IMG/VR virus record: IMGVR_UViG_3300031949_000014 | Origin: a virus | Length of the DNA stretch: 64,000 bases | Direction: 5' to 3' (one strand) | Shown here: positions 8,525 to 18,009 of the stretch, piece by piece | Layout of the letters: the number at the start of each line of letters is the position of its first letter | Position numbering within the stretch: the first letter of the stretch is position 1 | The notes under the pieces: model-generated | The model's input: the letters and a program-made list of their open reading frames with translations, nothing else | The model's database searches: none | What the model was told of the DNA's origin: nothing | Made by a program: the position numbers and the translations under genes

Positions 8525-9303
8525 TCCCCTCCTCTTCCGCGTCCCCAAGCGCACGTACCTGAACTACCTTCGGGAAGCGAACCCCGCGATGCTCGAGCGC
8601 GCCGAACGCGTGCGCCTTCGCGACCAAGAAGTCTGGCGAGTCACCAAAGAGGCTCAGGTGCTCGACACCTTGATCAACAAGATCGTTCGCCTCCGCAGCG
8701 CCCGCACGACGAACGGCGGCCAACCCCGGTTGAAGGGGACACCGTTCCTGGTCATCGATGCGTGGCTCGGCCGCTTGCACGGCATCGAGCCTTTCGTGTG
8801 GAAAGGGAAGCTCTCCGTTCCCATCTTGCTGCGTCCGGAGTGGGTCAGTCTCGACACCGAGACGGAATTCGTGGTACTTGGACGACGTGGACCTAGCGTC
8901 CTTGCGCAAGCTTGCCGAGACGGCGATGGCGTGGCGGAGAGCCCGCCAGGACCTCCGCCGTAGGCAGCAGGAACTCGACCTCGCCGTCGAGACCTTGACG
9001 GCGCACGACCCGAAGCTCTCGAAGGAGAAGGCCCACGAGGTCGCGCAGGCGAAGAGCCCCGGCTTCGCGGCCGCGCGCAAGAGGTACCTCGAACTCACGG
9101 ACAAGCTGGAGCTCGTGGTGTTCGGGTTCGAGAAGGCGTTCGTGAAGGCCAAGGCCGCGGGGAAGAAGAGCCAGGTGCCGTGGCAAAAAATTGCTGGCGC
9201 CGCAGCTCGGTTCGTGAACGACCTCGGACAAGAAATGGAACGCCCGCCGGTGCCCGCTGGCATCCGTGGTAAGGTCATCGACGTGCAAGGTGAATCGGTG
9301 TGA
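8517..9303 (+). pseudogene. Probable single gene split by a 1-nt insertion near 8871 (or two overlapping genes 8517-8963 and 8878-9303)
   Basis: Removing G8871 joins ...SLDTETEF to WYLDDVDLASLRKLAE... and gives a 261-aa product; the tail of the first ORF past 8871 looks off-frame. Confidence 0.45.
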
Positions 9304-9485
9304 TGCGGTTCGACGTCCATCGCAGCACCTCGAAGGAGTGGAAGGTCGTGGGCGGAGCCAAGACCAAGAAACAGGCGATCAAAATCGCCGAGAGTTTTGC
9401 TCGCAAGGAGCCGGGGATACGCTTCGGCGTCTGGGACAACAAGAGCGAGCACTACATAGGCTTCGCGAACGCTGCGTGGCTCTGA
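9300..9485 (+). CDS. Small hypothetical protein
   Basis: GTGA overlap. Confidence 0.55.
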   Translation: MMRFDVHRSTSKEWKVVGGAKTKKQAIKIAESFARKEPGIRFGVWDNKSEHYIGFANAAWL

Positions 9486-10252
9486 TGCTCTCCCTCCACG
9501 ACCCAGCGATGTTTTCCGGCTTCGGTGTCCTCGTCGAGGTCACCGACCGCTCGGTTTTATTCCTCCAGGCCATCCTCCGGGCCCTCGGCGCCCCCGTCGG
9601 CTCCGACGGCACCTACGGCCCGACGACGTCAGGCGCCTGGGTCGTCCTCGCCAGCGCGCTGAAGCTCGACCCGCGCTTTGAGCGCATCAACGGCACGACC
9701 GCGCGCGTCTCGACGCCCACCCTGCAGCGCCTCGCCACCGAGGCCGCCGTCCGCGCGGGGCCGAAGCCCAGGGAGGCGGACCAGTTCGCGCGCTTGAACA
9801 ACGCCATCGTCCAGGCCTCGCGTCTTGGGGGAGCCTGGGACGCTCTCGCGCGCGACTGGGAAGACGGCATGGGTCCTGTCCGGCGCTCGATCTTGATGTC
9901 CGTGCCCACCGTCTGGGCCGGGGTCCTCGAGCGTTTCTGGGCCCGCTACCGCGACCTCTGGACGCCGGAGGTCTGGGACAAGGTCGTCCCGCCGGCGCTC
10001 GTCCAACCTGGCGGCCAGGTCCAGGCGTTCAAGGACCTCTGGGCTCCCGCCATGGACACTGCGCGCGGCGCGCGCGACGCGGTCGTGAATGCGGCCGCGG
10101 AGAAGTTGAAGGCCATCGCGCGCGAGGCCGGCGAGGAGTTCTCCAAGGGCGGCACGCAGGCGACCGAGGCGTGGGCCTGGGGCCTCGCCGGGGTCGGCGC
10201 GACCGTGGCACTCGGGTACCTATGGCTCCGCCGGCGACCGGCGCGAGCTTAA
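9485..10252 (+). CDS. Peptidoglycan-binding-like domain protein with C-terminal membrane anchor
   Basis: VLFLQAILRALG...DGTYGPTTSGAW...FERINGTTARV; C-terminal TM followed by RRRPARA. Confidence 0.7.
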   Translation: MLSLHDPAMFSGFGVLVEVTDRSVLFLQAILRALGAPVGSDGTYGPTTSGAWVVLASALKLDPRFERINGTTARVSTPTLQRLATEAAVRAGPKPREADQFARLNNAIVQASRLGGAWDALARDWEDGMGPVRRSILMSVPTVWAGVLERFWARYRDLWTPEVWDKVVPPALVQPGGQVQAFKDLWAPAMDTARGARDAVVNAAAEKLKAIAREAGEEFSKGGTQATEAWAWGLAGVGATVALGYLWLRRRPARA

Positions 10253-10259
10253 AGCAAGG

Positions 10260-10291
10260 CTCTCCGAACGCGAGAGCGCGTCGGGAGAGCC
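10260..10291. terminator. Hairpin between convergent genes
   Basis: GCTCTCC...GGAGAGC inverted repeat between the stops at 10252 and 10338. Confidence 0.5.
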
Positions 10292-10337
10292 TGCGACCCG
10301 TCGCCGAAGCTTCGGGTGAAGTCAGCGCGGCGCGAGC

Positions 10338-10469
10338 CTAGCGCTTGTTCTTCAGACAGCGGCCGGTCGTCTTGGAGACGCCGAACCGGCAGTGGCGCTT
10401 GCCACCCGAGCGCTTGCTGCGGCCACCGCAGTGGCGGAATCGACCCTTGGCTGTTCTGCAACGACGCAT
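10338..10469 (-). CDS. 43-aa Arg/Cys-rich basic protein (putative DNA-condensing core protein)
   Basis: AGGAG RBS; MRRCRTAKGRFRHCGGRSKRSGGKRHCRFGVSKTTGRCLKNKR. Confidence 0.65.
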   Translation of the reverse strand: MRRCRTAKGRFRHCGGRSKRSGGKRHCRFGVSKTTGRCLKNKR

Positions 10470-10537
10470 TTCATTTCTCCTGGTCAAAACCGGCCGGGAT
10501 GGCCGGGGAAATCGTTCGACTACGGATCGTCCCGCGC

Positions 10538-10714
10538 CTACCGGCGGCTGCGCTTGCGCTTGAGGCAGCGCCCCGTGCGCTTGTTCACGCCCAGGAGGCA
10601 CTTCGCGCCGGCGCGACCGTGCCTGCCACGAGGAACTCGACCGCGGCACCGCGTGAACTTCCCGCGCTGCGTGCGGCAGAGACCCTTGCGAACTCGAATC
10701 AATCCAAAACCCAT
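10538..10714 (-). CDS. 58-aa Arg/Cys-rich basic protein, paralog of 10338-10469
   Basis: MGFGLIRVRKGLCRTQRGKFTRC...KCLLGVNKRTGRCLKRKRSRR; not in the ORF track. Confidence 0.65.
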   Translation of the reverse strand: MGFGLIRVRKGLCRTQRGKFTRCRGRVPRGRHGRAGAKCLLGVNKRTGRCLKRKRSRR

Positions 10715-10762
10715 GGCGTGCCTCGCTTTCCCGCAGAGAATGGCACGGTTAGATCTCCAGGG

Positions 10763-11482
10763 TCAAGGGGTGGCCGGCACGACGGGCTTCGGGGGCGTGA
10801 AGAGCCACGCCGCGATGACGGCGACGGCCGCAAACGGCGCTGCGGCCGCGACGAAGTTGCCGAACGTCGGCGGCGGTTGGTAGGACACCGCGTCGCTCTC
10901 GGAACTAGGTCCGAGGATGCGCTCGCCGGCGGCTCCTAACCCAGGTGCGCCCCACGGGCTGTCTGGACGCCCGCGGCGCGAGCGCTCGACGACGTCGGGA
11001 GCCTTCTTCTCGAAGTACTTCGACGGCCACTTGACCTTCTTCTTGGGGTTCGGCCAGTCCGCGCAGGCTTTGGTGGCGAGCGCTTGCGCGTCATGCGCGT
11101 TCTCGACCGCGACCACGTGTCCCGGCTGCCCCTGGGTCGCGCAGAACCTAAGGTGCGGTTGGCCCCGCAGCCACACGAGCTGCACCGGGCACGACGAGCG
11201 GTCGCCGCAAGGCTTCGAGGTCGGCTTGCAGAACGTGTCGGGACGTTTGCTGTCCTTCAAGAGCCCGTTGAACTTCGTCTTCGTTTCACCCTTCTTGGTC
11301 TTGTAGGTCTCTTCCTCGCATCCGCGGGCGCGGCGCTCGTCGTTGGTGCGCGGCGGGAGTGCGGAGGGCGAGGTGTATGTGAAGGGCCGCACACCAACGC
11401 GAATCGGCGGCAACACCGCCGGCACAGACGGCCCGGCCGACTCGAACTTCTTGCTCTCGCTCTTGGTCTTGCTCTTCGCCAT
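10763..11482 (-). CDS. Basic Cys-containing protein with C-terminal membrane anchor (virion candidate)
   Basis: MAKSKTK start; PGLGA motif before the TM tail. Confidence 0.65.
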   Translation of the reverse strand: MAKSKTKSESKKFESAGPSVPAVLPPIRVGVRPFTYTSPSALPPRTNDERRARGCEEETYKTKKGETKTKFNGLLKDSKRPDTFCKPTSKPCGDRSSCPVQLVWLRGQPHLRFCATQGQPGHVVAVENAHDAQALATKACADWPNPKKKVKWPSKYFEKKAPDVVERSRRGRPDSPWGAPGLGAAGERILGPSSESDAVSYQPPPTFGNFVAAAAPFAAVAVIAAWLFTPPKPVVPATP

Positions 11483-11487
11483 GACGT

Positions 11488-12711
11488 TCAGTGCAGAGTG
11501 TAGTTCACGCGCAGGTGCGGATGCACCCAGCACGTGCGGCAGCCTTTGCTTGTGGTTGGATTGCCCTGGGCGTCTGAGCCGACCGCGTCGCGACACGATG
11601 GGCCCTTCTCAACTGCGTAGGCTTTGCAGTTCCAGTCGAAGTCTTTTCCCTCTGCAGCTTTGACTGCATCGTGGTGAAACGTGGGCGTTGCTGCGGCCCA
11701 ACCGGGTGCGCGGATGTCAGGTCCGTGTTGGCTCACGTGGTAGCCAGACGGACGCACGATGAGGTTGGTATCACGCTGGCCGTTGACCTCGGAGATGAGG
11801 TCGATCCAAGTGTCCCCCATCGCCCACATGCGCGTTGGCGCCCAGAAGACGATGGGGTGTTCGTTGCGACGCGGATGGAAGTAGTCGCACACCGCTTTCC
11901 ACGCCATAAAATAACGTGGTCCGAAAAAATCGCCGCTGTCGTGAATTCGAAAGAATTTCTTCTTGCCGCGCCACTGCGCAGGCTCGGATTCGAGCTTGAA
12001 ATCCGCGCGCTCGATGGCGTCGATCATTACCGACACAAACGAACTCTCGCGAGGGTTGTCGGTGGGGCGACCTTGCTGGTCGATCATGACGGCGTGACGT
12101 GTCCAGGCAAAGCGGACCATCTGGTGGAACTGCACGCTGCCGGTCGCGTATTGACCACCCAGAGCGTAGCATTTTTGGCAAATTGCCATCGCGAGATCAA
12201 CTTTGCGTTCGCTCTTCGGAAGCTCAGGCAGCAAAATCGGCAACAACAGCTTCGCCGCGTTGCGCCTCACGCGGTCGTCCACTGTGCTCTGCCCCGCGGC
12301 GGCTCCTGGACATGAACCACCAGAAACCGGTGCGCCGGCGGGCAAGCTGAAACTCGGCGTGCCCATCTTCGTCGTCCAGGACAGCAACGAGGTGGACCCG
12401 ACCTCGGCGAACGGATTCCAGACGGGCCCTGTCACCGGACGGTCGACGCGCAGAACGACGTCGCGGCCCTTGTAGCTCGGAAGGATGCGCGCGCCGCGAA
12501 GTTCTTCGAGGATGACCTCGCGCGTGTACACGTCCTGCATGAGGCCGGCGTGTGACTGGTCGATCACTGCCTCCGGCGTCGGGCACAGCGGGTCTTCTTC
12601 GTCCCCCATGCGCCCGAGGTCGCCGCCCGACCGCGAGTGGCACTCGAAGTACTTCTCTTCGAGCTCTGTCGTCTCGCCTTCTTCGGCCAGGTGTGGCTTC
12701 AGCGCGGCCAT
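11488..12711 (-). CDS. GP88-family protein (putative Fe-S binding)
   Basis: SCPGA...ICQKCYA, FFRIHDSGDFF, GCRTCW. Confidence 0.75.
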   Translation of the reverse strand: MAALKPHLAEEGETTELEEKYFECHSRSGGDLGRMGDEEDPLCPTPEAVIDQSHAGLMQDVYTREVILEELRGARILPSYKGRDVVLRVDRPVTGPVWNPFAEVGSTSLLSWTTKMGTPSFSLPAGAPVSGGSCPGAAAGQSTVDDRVRRNAAKLLLPILLPELPKSERKVDLAMAICQKCYALGGQYATGSVQFHQMVRFAWTRHAVMIDQQGRPTDNPRESSFVSVMIDAIERADFKLESEPAQWRGKKKFFRIHDSGDFFGPRYFMAWKAVCDYFHPRRNEHPIVFWAPTRMWAMGDTWIDLISEVNGQRDTNLIVRPSGYHVSQHGPDIRAPGWAAATPTFHHDAVKAAEGKDFDWNCKAYAVEKGPSCRDAVGSDAQGNPTTSKGCRTCWVHPHLRVNYTLH

Positions 12712-12712
12712 G

Positions 12713-12922
12713 TCACGTTGGGTAGGCAGCGTCGACGTAGGCGGCCGCCTCGGATGGCGTGAACTTGTAGAGCTTCAGCCTTTGCTCCATGCCAGTGCGA
12801 GGAGACCCAGAGTTGACCAACACGTTCACGGCCGCTTGCACCTCCGGGGCCGGCGTGTTGAGACCTTTTGCAGACCTCAACATCAAGTCCGCTTGGATTG
12901 CTTCGAGGTTCCAGAAGCACAT
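12713..12922 (-). CDS. Small hypothetical protein
   Basis: Fills the gap between coupled genes. Confidence 0.5.
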   Translation of the reverse strand: MCFWNLEAIQADLMLRSAKGLNTPAPEVQAAVNVLVNSGSPRTGMEQRLKLYKFTPSEAAAYVDAAYPT

Positions 12923-12925
12923 CTG

Positions 12926-13747
12926 TCAAAACTCTTTAGGCATGTCTTGGACCAGGCACGAAGCTTGGAACACCACTTCACCGTCCGCAGGCACGGCCGA
13001 GATAGCCACCCTCAACTTGTCCGGGTATGCGAAGCCGTGCCCGAAGCCAAACGTGGTCATGATGGGGGTCGCAGTGGCGGCCGGGACCGGCACGGCAACG
13101 TCGACCGCGATGTCACCGTCTTGCGTCTCGATGATCGAGGTGGCGGTGACCGCGGTCGTCGGGCTGTAGTTGAAGATGTAGCAGCACCTAAAGGTGCCAT
13201 CAAATGGGAAACCAGATCCGTACATGCTGCGGCCGGGGTCAGGGAACATGACGACTCTGTCGGAGGCGTCGAGCACCATCCTGGATGTGGTAACGCGGGT
13301 GTTTAAGACCTGCTTCTGCGGCCACCACCAAAAGCCGTTGCCCGCTTCGATGTTGCCGGCAGTAATCACCATCTCCATCTTCTCGCCTTCCGCGAGAACC
13401 CATCCAGCGACAACCCCTAGAAAGGTTGTCAGGAGAGGCGTGTCGGAGCCCGAGGGGAGGGGGCCTGATGTAGAAAGCATTCGCCGTCCTTGCGCATCAA
13501 CGACGTAGACTTCAACCGTGATGGCCCCTGGCGTGCGGTTGATGAGCCAGCCGAACGTGAGAGGCAGCGCGAACGCGAGGCAGACCGGCTTCTCCCCAAA
13601 CTTGCGCTCGATGAGCGTGAAGGGTGTCGAATGTATCCTGCGAATCGGCGCTCCAAAGTACGCGCTCTCGAGGCCGAATGGACTCGCTCGCGGCGCGTTA
13701 TTGCTCCCAGCGCGCTGCTGCAGAGGTACGTCGCCGCGAGCCGCCAT
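12926..13747 (-). CDS. Beta-rich virion protein of the LQxRAGxN paralog family
   Basis: N-terminal PLQQRAGSNNAP; two jelly-roll-like halves (WVLAEGEKM...; FAYPDKLRV). Confidence 0.7.
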   Translation of the reverse strand: MAARGDVPLQQRAGSNNAPRASPFGLESAYFGAPIRRIHSTPFTLIERKFGEKPVCLAFALPLTFGWLINRTPGAITVEVYVVDAQGRRMLSTSGPLPSGSDTPLLTTFLGVVAGWVLAEGEKMEMVITAGNIEAGNGFWWWPQKQVLNTRVTTSRMVLDASDRVVMFPDPGRSMYGSGFPFDGTFRCCYIFNYSPTTAVTATSIIETQDGDIAVDVAVPVPAATATPIMTTFGFGHGFAYPDKLRVAISAVPADGEVVFQASCLVQDMPKEF

Positions 13748-13761
13748 GCCGGGAGCTTATC

Positions 13762-14211
13762 CTACCCGCGAGCCTTCTGAACAGACCTGAAGGCAGAGAG
13801 CATTTCTTCGAGCAGAGCGTCCGAGGTCTCGTGCTTCTTCGCGACCTTGGCGATGGCCCCGTCATAACGCTTCCTGGCCGCCAGGAGCCGGTCGAGCGTT
13901 GCACAGCCGTCGAGCGCGGTGCAGGACTCGCGGTGAAACTGAACCTCTTGCTCTAACCCTTCGGCGATGCCGCAGGCGCGCATGTCGTAGACCCAAGCCT
14001 GCACCGCATCGGTGGCGAGCAATCGCCCTTCGTACTCACCCAAAAGCTTGGCGATCACTTGGAACGTCACAACGTCGAGGTCCACGCCGGGGGTTTTGAA
14101 CCGCTCGACGTAGAGGTCGCGAATCTCATCGACGGCCGTGTTCAACGTCTCGGCAAACTCGGCGCACAGCTCGTCTTCGGAGTCAGACGCCGGGGGCACG
14201 CTCATACCCAT
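13762..14211 (-). CDS. Hypothetical helical protein
   Basis: ORF in the minus-strand run. Confidence 0.6.
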   Translation of the reverse strand: MGMSVPPASDSEDELCAEFAETLNTAVDEIRDLYVERFKTPGVDLDVVTFQVIAKLLGEYEGRLLATDAVQAWVYDMRACGIAEGLEQEVQFHRESCTALDGCATLDRLLAARKRYDGAIAKVAKKHETSDALLEEMLSAFRSVQKARG

Positions 14212-14831
14212 TCGATGTTCAAGGTTTGAAGGATGGAAGCGACGAGATCAAGAGCACGTTCCGCGTTGTCGCGCGCTTCGCTTCGTCGAGGACCGTAGCT
14301 GCGCTCTTCGTCGGACACGGTGTCTTGGTTTTCGACGACGCACTCGATGAGCGCGTACAAGCCCTGTGGCGAGAAGCGATAGCCGTGCTTGCCGTGACGC
14401 CCTGGGAACTCCTTGAAGGGGTCGTGCTTGCCGGCGAACTTGCGCTCGACGATCATCAGGCACTCCTCGATGGCATCTGCGTCACTGCGGACGAGCTCCA
14501 TCGGGTAGGAGCCCCGAACGCGCCCCAAGATCACCTTCTTGTCAGGGAGCGTGCCGTAGGAGAGCGAGACCCAAGGGAACTCGTCGTCTTCGCCCAACCC
14601 GCGCCCGCTCACCTTCTCGAGATCGTTCGGGGAGACGCCCATCACGCCGATGTGGTCCCACTTGACGTAGAGCAGGCCACCACCAGGGCCCGGCAGGTAC
14701 GTCCTGGGCTTGAAGCCCGGCATGTACGTGACGGTGCCATCTTCACCGTGCGCTGGCGGGTTTGTGTAGCCGAACGAGTGCCCGACGAAGCGAACGCGGG
14801 TGCCCAGGCGAGTGCGAGCCGAGACGGTCAT
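14202..14831 (-). CDS. Two-domain hypothetical protein (SH3-like plus phage domain) joined by GRGLGED
   Basis: ATGA overlap; C-terminal ALDLVASILQTLNIEWV phage motif. Confidence 0.65.
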   Translation of the reverse strand: MTVSARTRLGTRVRFVGHSFGYTNPPAHGEDGTVTYMPGFKPRTYLPGPGGGLLYVKWDHIGVMGVSPNDLEKVSGRGLGEDDEFPWVSLSYGTLPDKKVILGRVRGSYPMELVRSDADAIEECLMIVERKFAGKHDPFKEFPGRHGKHGYRFSPQGLYALIECVVENQDTVSDEERSYGPRRSEARDNAERALDLVASILQTLNIEWV

Positions 14832-14995
14832 TTGGTTTGGTCGTTGTACACAAAGACCCAAGCTTGGACGTAGGAGCCGTCGGGGTCACCGCGGGAGATC
14901 TTCGCGTTGTCGTCGATCTCACATTCACCCTCGCGCTCGTACAGGCGACGAGCAGCCTCGATGTACTTCTTGTCGGTGACGCGTCGTTTCGCCAT
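14828..14995 (-). CDS. 55-aa phage hypothetical protein
   Basis: GAGGAG RBS; EGECEIDDNAKISRGDPDGSYVQAWVFV; not in the ORF track. Confidence 0.65.
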   Translation of the reverse strand: MAKRRVTDKKYIEAARRLYEREGECEIDDNAKISRGDPDGSYVQAWVFVYNDQTK

Positions 14996-15083
14996 GTTCA
15001 GTGCTCCTCTTTCGCTTCCATCGGTTGCGGGTCGAACCTACACGGTTCGAACACGACGAGTAAAGCAACGAGGATGAAGAACT

Positions 15084-15590
15084 TCACAGGCTGGTCCTCA
15101 GGCCGGTGTGCATCTCGATGACGCGCGCGAGGTTGTCCGAGTAGATGTCGTCGACCTCGTGGAGCGGTTGGCCTTTGCTGTTAAGGAAGATGACGGTGTA
15201 CGTGTCGGAGGGGTCGAGGCGGACTTTGATGTACTTCACGCGCTTGGGGTTGGCGCCGATCTGGAAGCGGAGCGAGTCTTTGTCGCCAATTGGTCCCTTG
15301 GCGCCGATCATCACGCGCGCCCGGCCGAGCTGGCGCCAGATTTCGTCCGCGACGTCGAGATCACCGAGGTTGGAGAACTTCTTCTTGAACTCGCGCTCGT
15401 AAGCCGCACGCGCAAGGTCGTGTCCTTGTGCAACGGCTTCGTGGCGGTTCCCTCGGGCGATGTGCGCGGCCCATGTCTCCCATTCAATTCGAGCGCGGTA
15501 GTCCGCAGCAGTGCGCTCTTTCCCGAAGCCCGACCGAGGGCCTGGGGGCGCGTCGTCGCGGGACTCGTAGATTCTGAACCGTGCGGCCAT
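15084..15590 (-). CDS. Hypothetical protein: leader plus common phage domain (IWRQLG...MIGAK...DTYTVIF...TGLRTSL)
   Basis: Recognisable small phage domain preceded by FSNLGD. Confidence 0.7.
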   Translation of the reverse strand: MAARFRIYESRDDAPPGPRSGFGKERTAADYRARIEWETWAAHIARGNRHEAVAQGHDLARAAYEREFKKKFSNLGDLDVADEIWRQLGRARVMIGAKGPIGDKDSLRFQIGANPKRVKYIKVRLDPSDTYTVIFLNSKGQPLHEVDDIYSDNLARVIEMHTGLRTSL

Positions 15591-15653
15591 GTCAAGCAGC
15601 ATCCTACCCTAACCCCCCTCGCCGGAGCAATCCCACGGTGATACCTTCGGCGT

Positions 15654-16058
15654 GTGCTGGGCCTAGGCCGACCTCCGAGACCGGGACCGAGACCCGGACC
15701 TCGTCCGAGACCGCCGCATCGACCGCCACGACCGGTCGTCGTGGGCTACCGCCGCGGCGGGCTCTGGCCAGCGCCTTTGACCCAAGAGGTCGTCGCCGTC
15801 GAGGTCTCGCCCGTGCACGGGGCAGAAGCGCCGTTCCGGATTCTCTCCAAGATCCGCGAAGCCGGCCGCTCCTACGCCGTCGTGGTCCATGCCTTCTACG
15901 GCCAGACGCTCCAGGAGGCCGAGGCGTATTACCGCGCGCACCTGAAGTCGGACGCGTTCCTGAAGGCCTGCTCGACCGTCGGCAAGTTCAGCAAAACCTC
16001 GTGCCGCGAGGAGCGCGTCGCCGAACGATGGGACGGTCGGAGCTGGAGGCGAGCATGA
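15654..16058 (+). CDS. Hypothetical protein with Pro/Arg-rich N-terminus
   Basis: GTG start; ATGA overlap with the next gene. Confidence 0.55.
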   Translation: MLGLGRPPRPGPRPGPRPRPPHRPPRPVVVGYRRGGLWPAPLTQEVVAVEVSPVHGAEAPFRILSKIREAGRSYAVVVHAFYGQTLQEAEAYYRAHLKSDAFLKACSTVGKFSKTSCREERVAERWDGRSWRRA

Positions 16059-16510
16059 AGACACTCTTGCTCCTCTCCGTCCTCGCCGTCGGCTGCGGCG
16101 CCTCGGCCGTCGAAGTCGCCCGCGGTACCCTCACCACGGCCGCGGTCGCGGCGACGCAGGCCGACCACCTGTTCGCGGACGCGTACGAAATCCACGCCGA
16201 CCACGCGCGAGACTCCTCCTCGACCCAAGCCGAGAAGGACCAGAAGATGGCCGGCTGGACCGAGGCCGCGGACAAGTTCGAGCGCTACTACGCTGCGGCA
16301 ACAGCGTCCCTGGTCGCCGCCGAGGTCGCGCTCGACGGCTTCGAGCGCACAGGCGAGGCGGGCTACTGGGACCAGGCCCTCGCGTGCGCGGCGCAAACCA
16401 TGCGAGACATGGCGCGCGTTCTGGAGGAACGAGGTTTGAAAATTCCGGCAGCGCTCGCCAAAGTCTTGTCCTTGAGCAAAGGATTGACGTGCGCAGGAGG
16501 GCTGAGATGA
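16055..16510 (+). CDS. Lipoprotein
   Basis: MKTLLLLSVLAVG-C lipobox; GGAGG RBS. Confidence 0.7.
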   Translation: MKTLLLLSVLAVGCGASAVEVARGTLTTAAVAATQADHLFADAYEIHADHARDSSSTQAEKDQKMAGWTEAADKFERYYAAATASLVAAEVALDGFERTGEAGYWDQALACAAQTMRDMARVLEERGLKIPAALAKVLSLSKGLTCAGGLR

Positions 16511-16686
16511 CCGCCGCCTCCGCACTCGAAGCCATCGCCGTCTTCCTCGGGTTGCTCGACCGCTTCTCGAAGGGCGACGCCCGCGCCACGCAGAAGGTGA
16601 AGGACATCCTGCCCGCGAGCATGTTCACGCGGATGGTCCGAGAGCGCGAGAAAGCTCTGGACCGGAAGAAGTTTGGAGGAGGCTGA
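16507..16686 (+). CDS. Small hypothetical protein
   Basis: ATGA overlap. Confidence 0.55.
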   Translation: MTAASALEAIAVFLGLLDRFSKGDARATQKVKDILPASMFTRMVREREKALDRKKFGGG

Positions 16687-16687
16687 C

Positions 16688-17200
16688 ATGGAGATACGCA
16701 TCGGGAAATTCCCTTGGCGGCAAATCGGCGGCGACATGAACCCCGGTGCCCACGGCGGGTTGATAGCCACCGGCGACGGCCGAGCAATCGAACTCATCGA
16801 GATTCAGCCCACCACGTCTTACCTCAGCGAAGGTGAAGCCCTCGACCAAGGCTTCCCTTTCTGGTCAAAGGAAGGCTACTTCGACCTCAGCGACCTCGAC
16901 CCGGACGGCCCGAACGCCGAAGAGGTCAAGAGCGCGATGTCCACCGTCGGCCTCACTCGCGACGAGCTTGAGAACATGGACCCGACCGTGCGCGCCGTCG
17001 CCGTCTCGGAGGCCCTCATGTCCTACGGCCGCGGCGACGAAGGTCCCGCCGGCTGGGCGAAGGACGTGATAGGTACCCGCCGCGTCGTCTGGTGGGGTTC
17101 CAAGACGCCCATCGGCTGGCGCTACCTCGAAGACGAGGACCGCGATTTCCGGCGCCTGTTGCGAGAGCGAGCGAAGGAAGAGCGAGACCGTCACCGCTGA
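16688..17200 (+). CDS. Acidic hypothetical protein
   Basis: GGAGG RBS. Confidence 0.65.
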   Translation: MEIRIGKFPWRQIGGDMNPGAHGGLIATGDGRAIELIEIQPTTSYLSEGEALDQGFPFWSKEGYFDLSDLDPDGPNAEEVKSAMSTVGLTRDELENMDPTVRAVAVSEALMSYGRGDEGPAGWAKDVIGTRRVVWWGSKTPIGWRYLEDEDRDFRRLLRERAKEERDRHR

Positions 17201-17508
17201 TGGACCAGTTCATCGAATACCTCAAGTCCGTGGGTCCGTTCACGACGCCTTTGTGCGTCGCGATGGCCGGCGCGCTTTGGTGGCTCGACAAGGACCGGGA
17301 CCGCCTACTGGCCGAACTGCGAACCATGCTTATTTCTGTCACGAGCCTGCAAGAGCGTCGCGCGGAGGATTTGGCACACGGCGTGCTTGATTACCAAGAG
17401 CACGCGACGGCCACGCAAGCGGTCATCACGAAGTTCGACGAGACTGTGAGAACGCTCACCAACGAGATCGCCAGGCTCAAGTCTATCTTCCCCAGAGGTG
17501 CGCAATGA
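17200..17508 (+). CDS. Single-TM plus coiled-coil protein (holin-like)
   Basis: N-terminal TM (PLCVAMAGALWWL) followed by a coiled coil. Confidence 0.5.
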   Translation: MDQFIEYLKSVGPFTTPLCVAMAGALWWLDKDRDRLLAELRTMLISVTSLQERRAEDLAHGVLDYQEHATATQAVITKFDETVRTLTNEIARLKSIFPRGAQ

Positions 17509-17999
17509 TGGTGAAGCCCAAGGTACTGTTCGTCGACGACGATGCGGACGTGCGCACGACCTGGAAGTACGTCTTCGAGCATCCGTACGACGTCACCGTG
17601 GTCTCTTCTGGCGCCGAGGCTCTGGACCTCCTCAAGGCTCCCGGCCGCCCGTTCGACGTCCTGGTCACCGACCACCGGATGCCGGGCATGACGGGGGTCG
17701 AGCTCTGCAGAAAAGCGCGCCTGGTGTCCCCGAAGACCGCTCGGGTCTTGGTGACAGCCTTCGAAGACCCGGAGGTCAAGCTCTGCCCTTGTCGGAAGTT
17801 GGAAAAGCCGCTCGATGATGGCAAACTTGAGGCTGTGATCCACGACATCCTCACTGGCGAGCCGTTGAGTTCCAAAGAAGCGCAGGAGCGAGAGAGCGTG
17901 GCCGAGGCAGCGCACGCAGAAGCACGCGCTTCCTTCCGTGAAGCGACGAAGAAGCTCCTTGAATGGGCTCCAGCGACGTACGAAGAAGCCGAGACCTGA
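17505..17999 (+). CDS. Stand-alone response regulator receiver (CheY-like)
   Basis: VLFVDDD, LVTD (phospho-Asp), VLVTAF, EKP. Confidence 0.88.
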   Translation: MMVKPKVLFVDDDADVRTTWKYVFEHPYDVTVVSSGAEALDLLKAPGRPFDVLVTDHRMPGMTGVELCRKARLVSPKTARVLVTAFEDPEVKLCPCRKLEKPLDDGKLEAVIHDILTGEPLSSKEAQERESVAEAAHAEARASFREATKKLLEWAPATYEEAET

Positions 18000-18009
18000 T
18001 ACCAATCCG

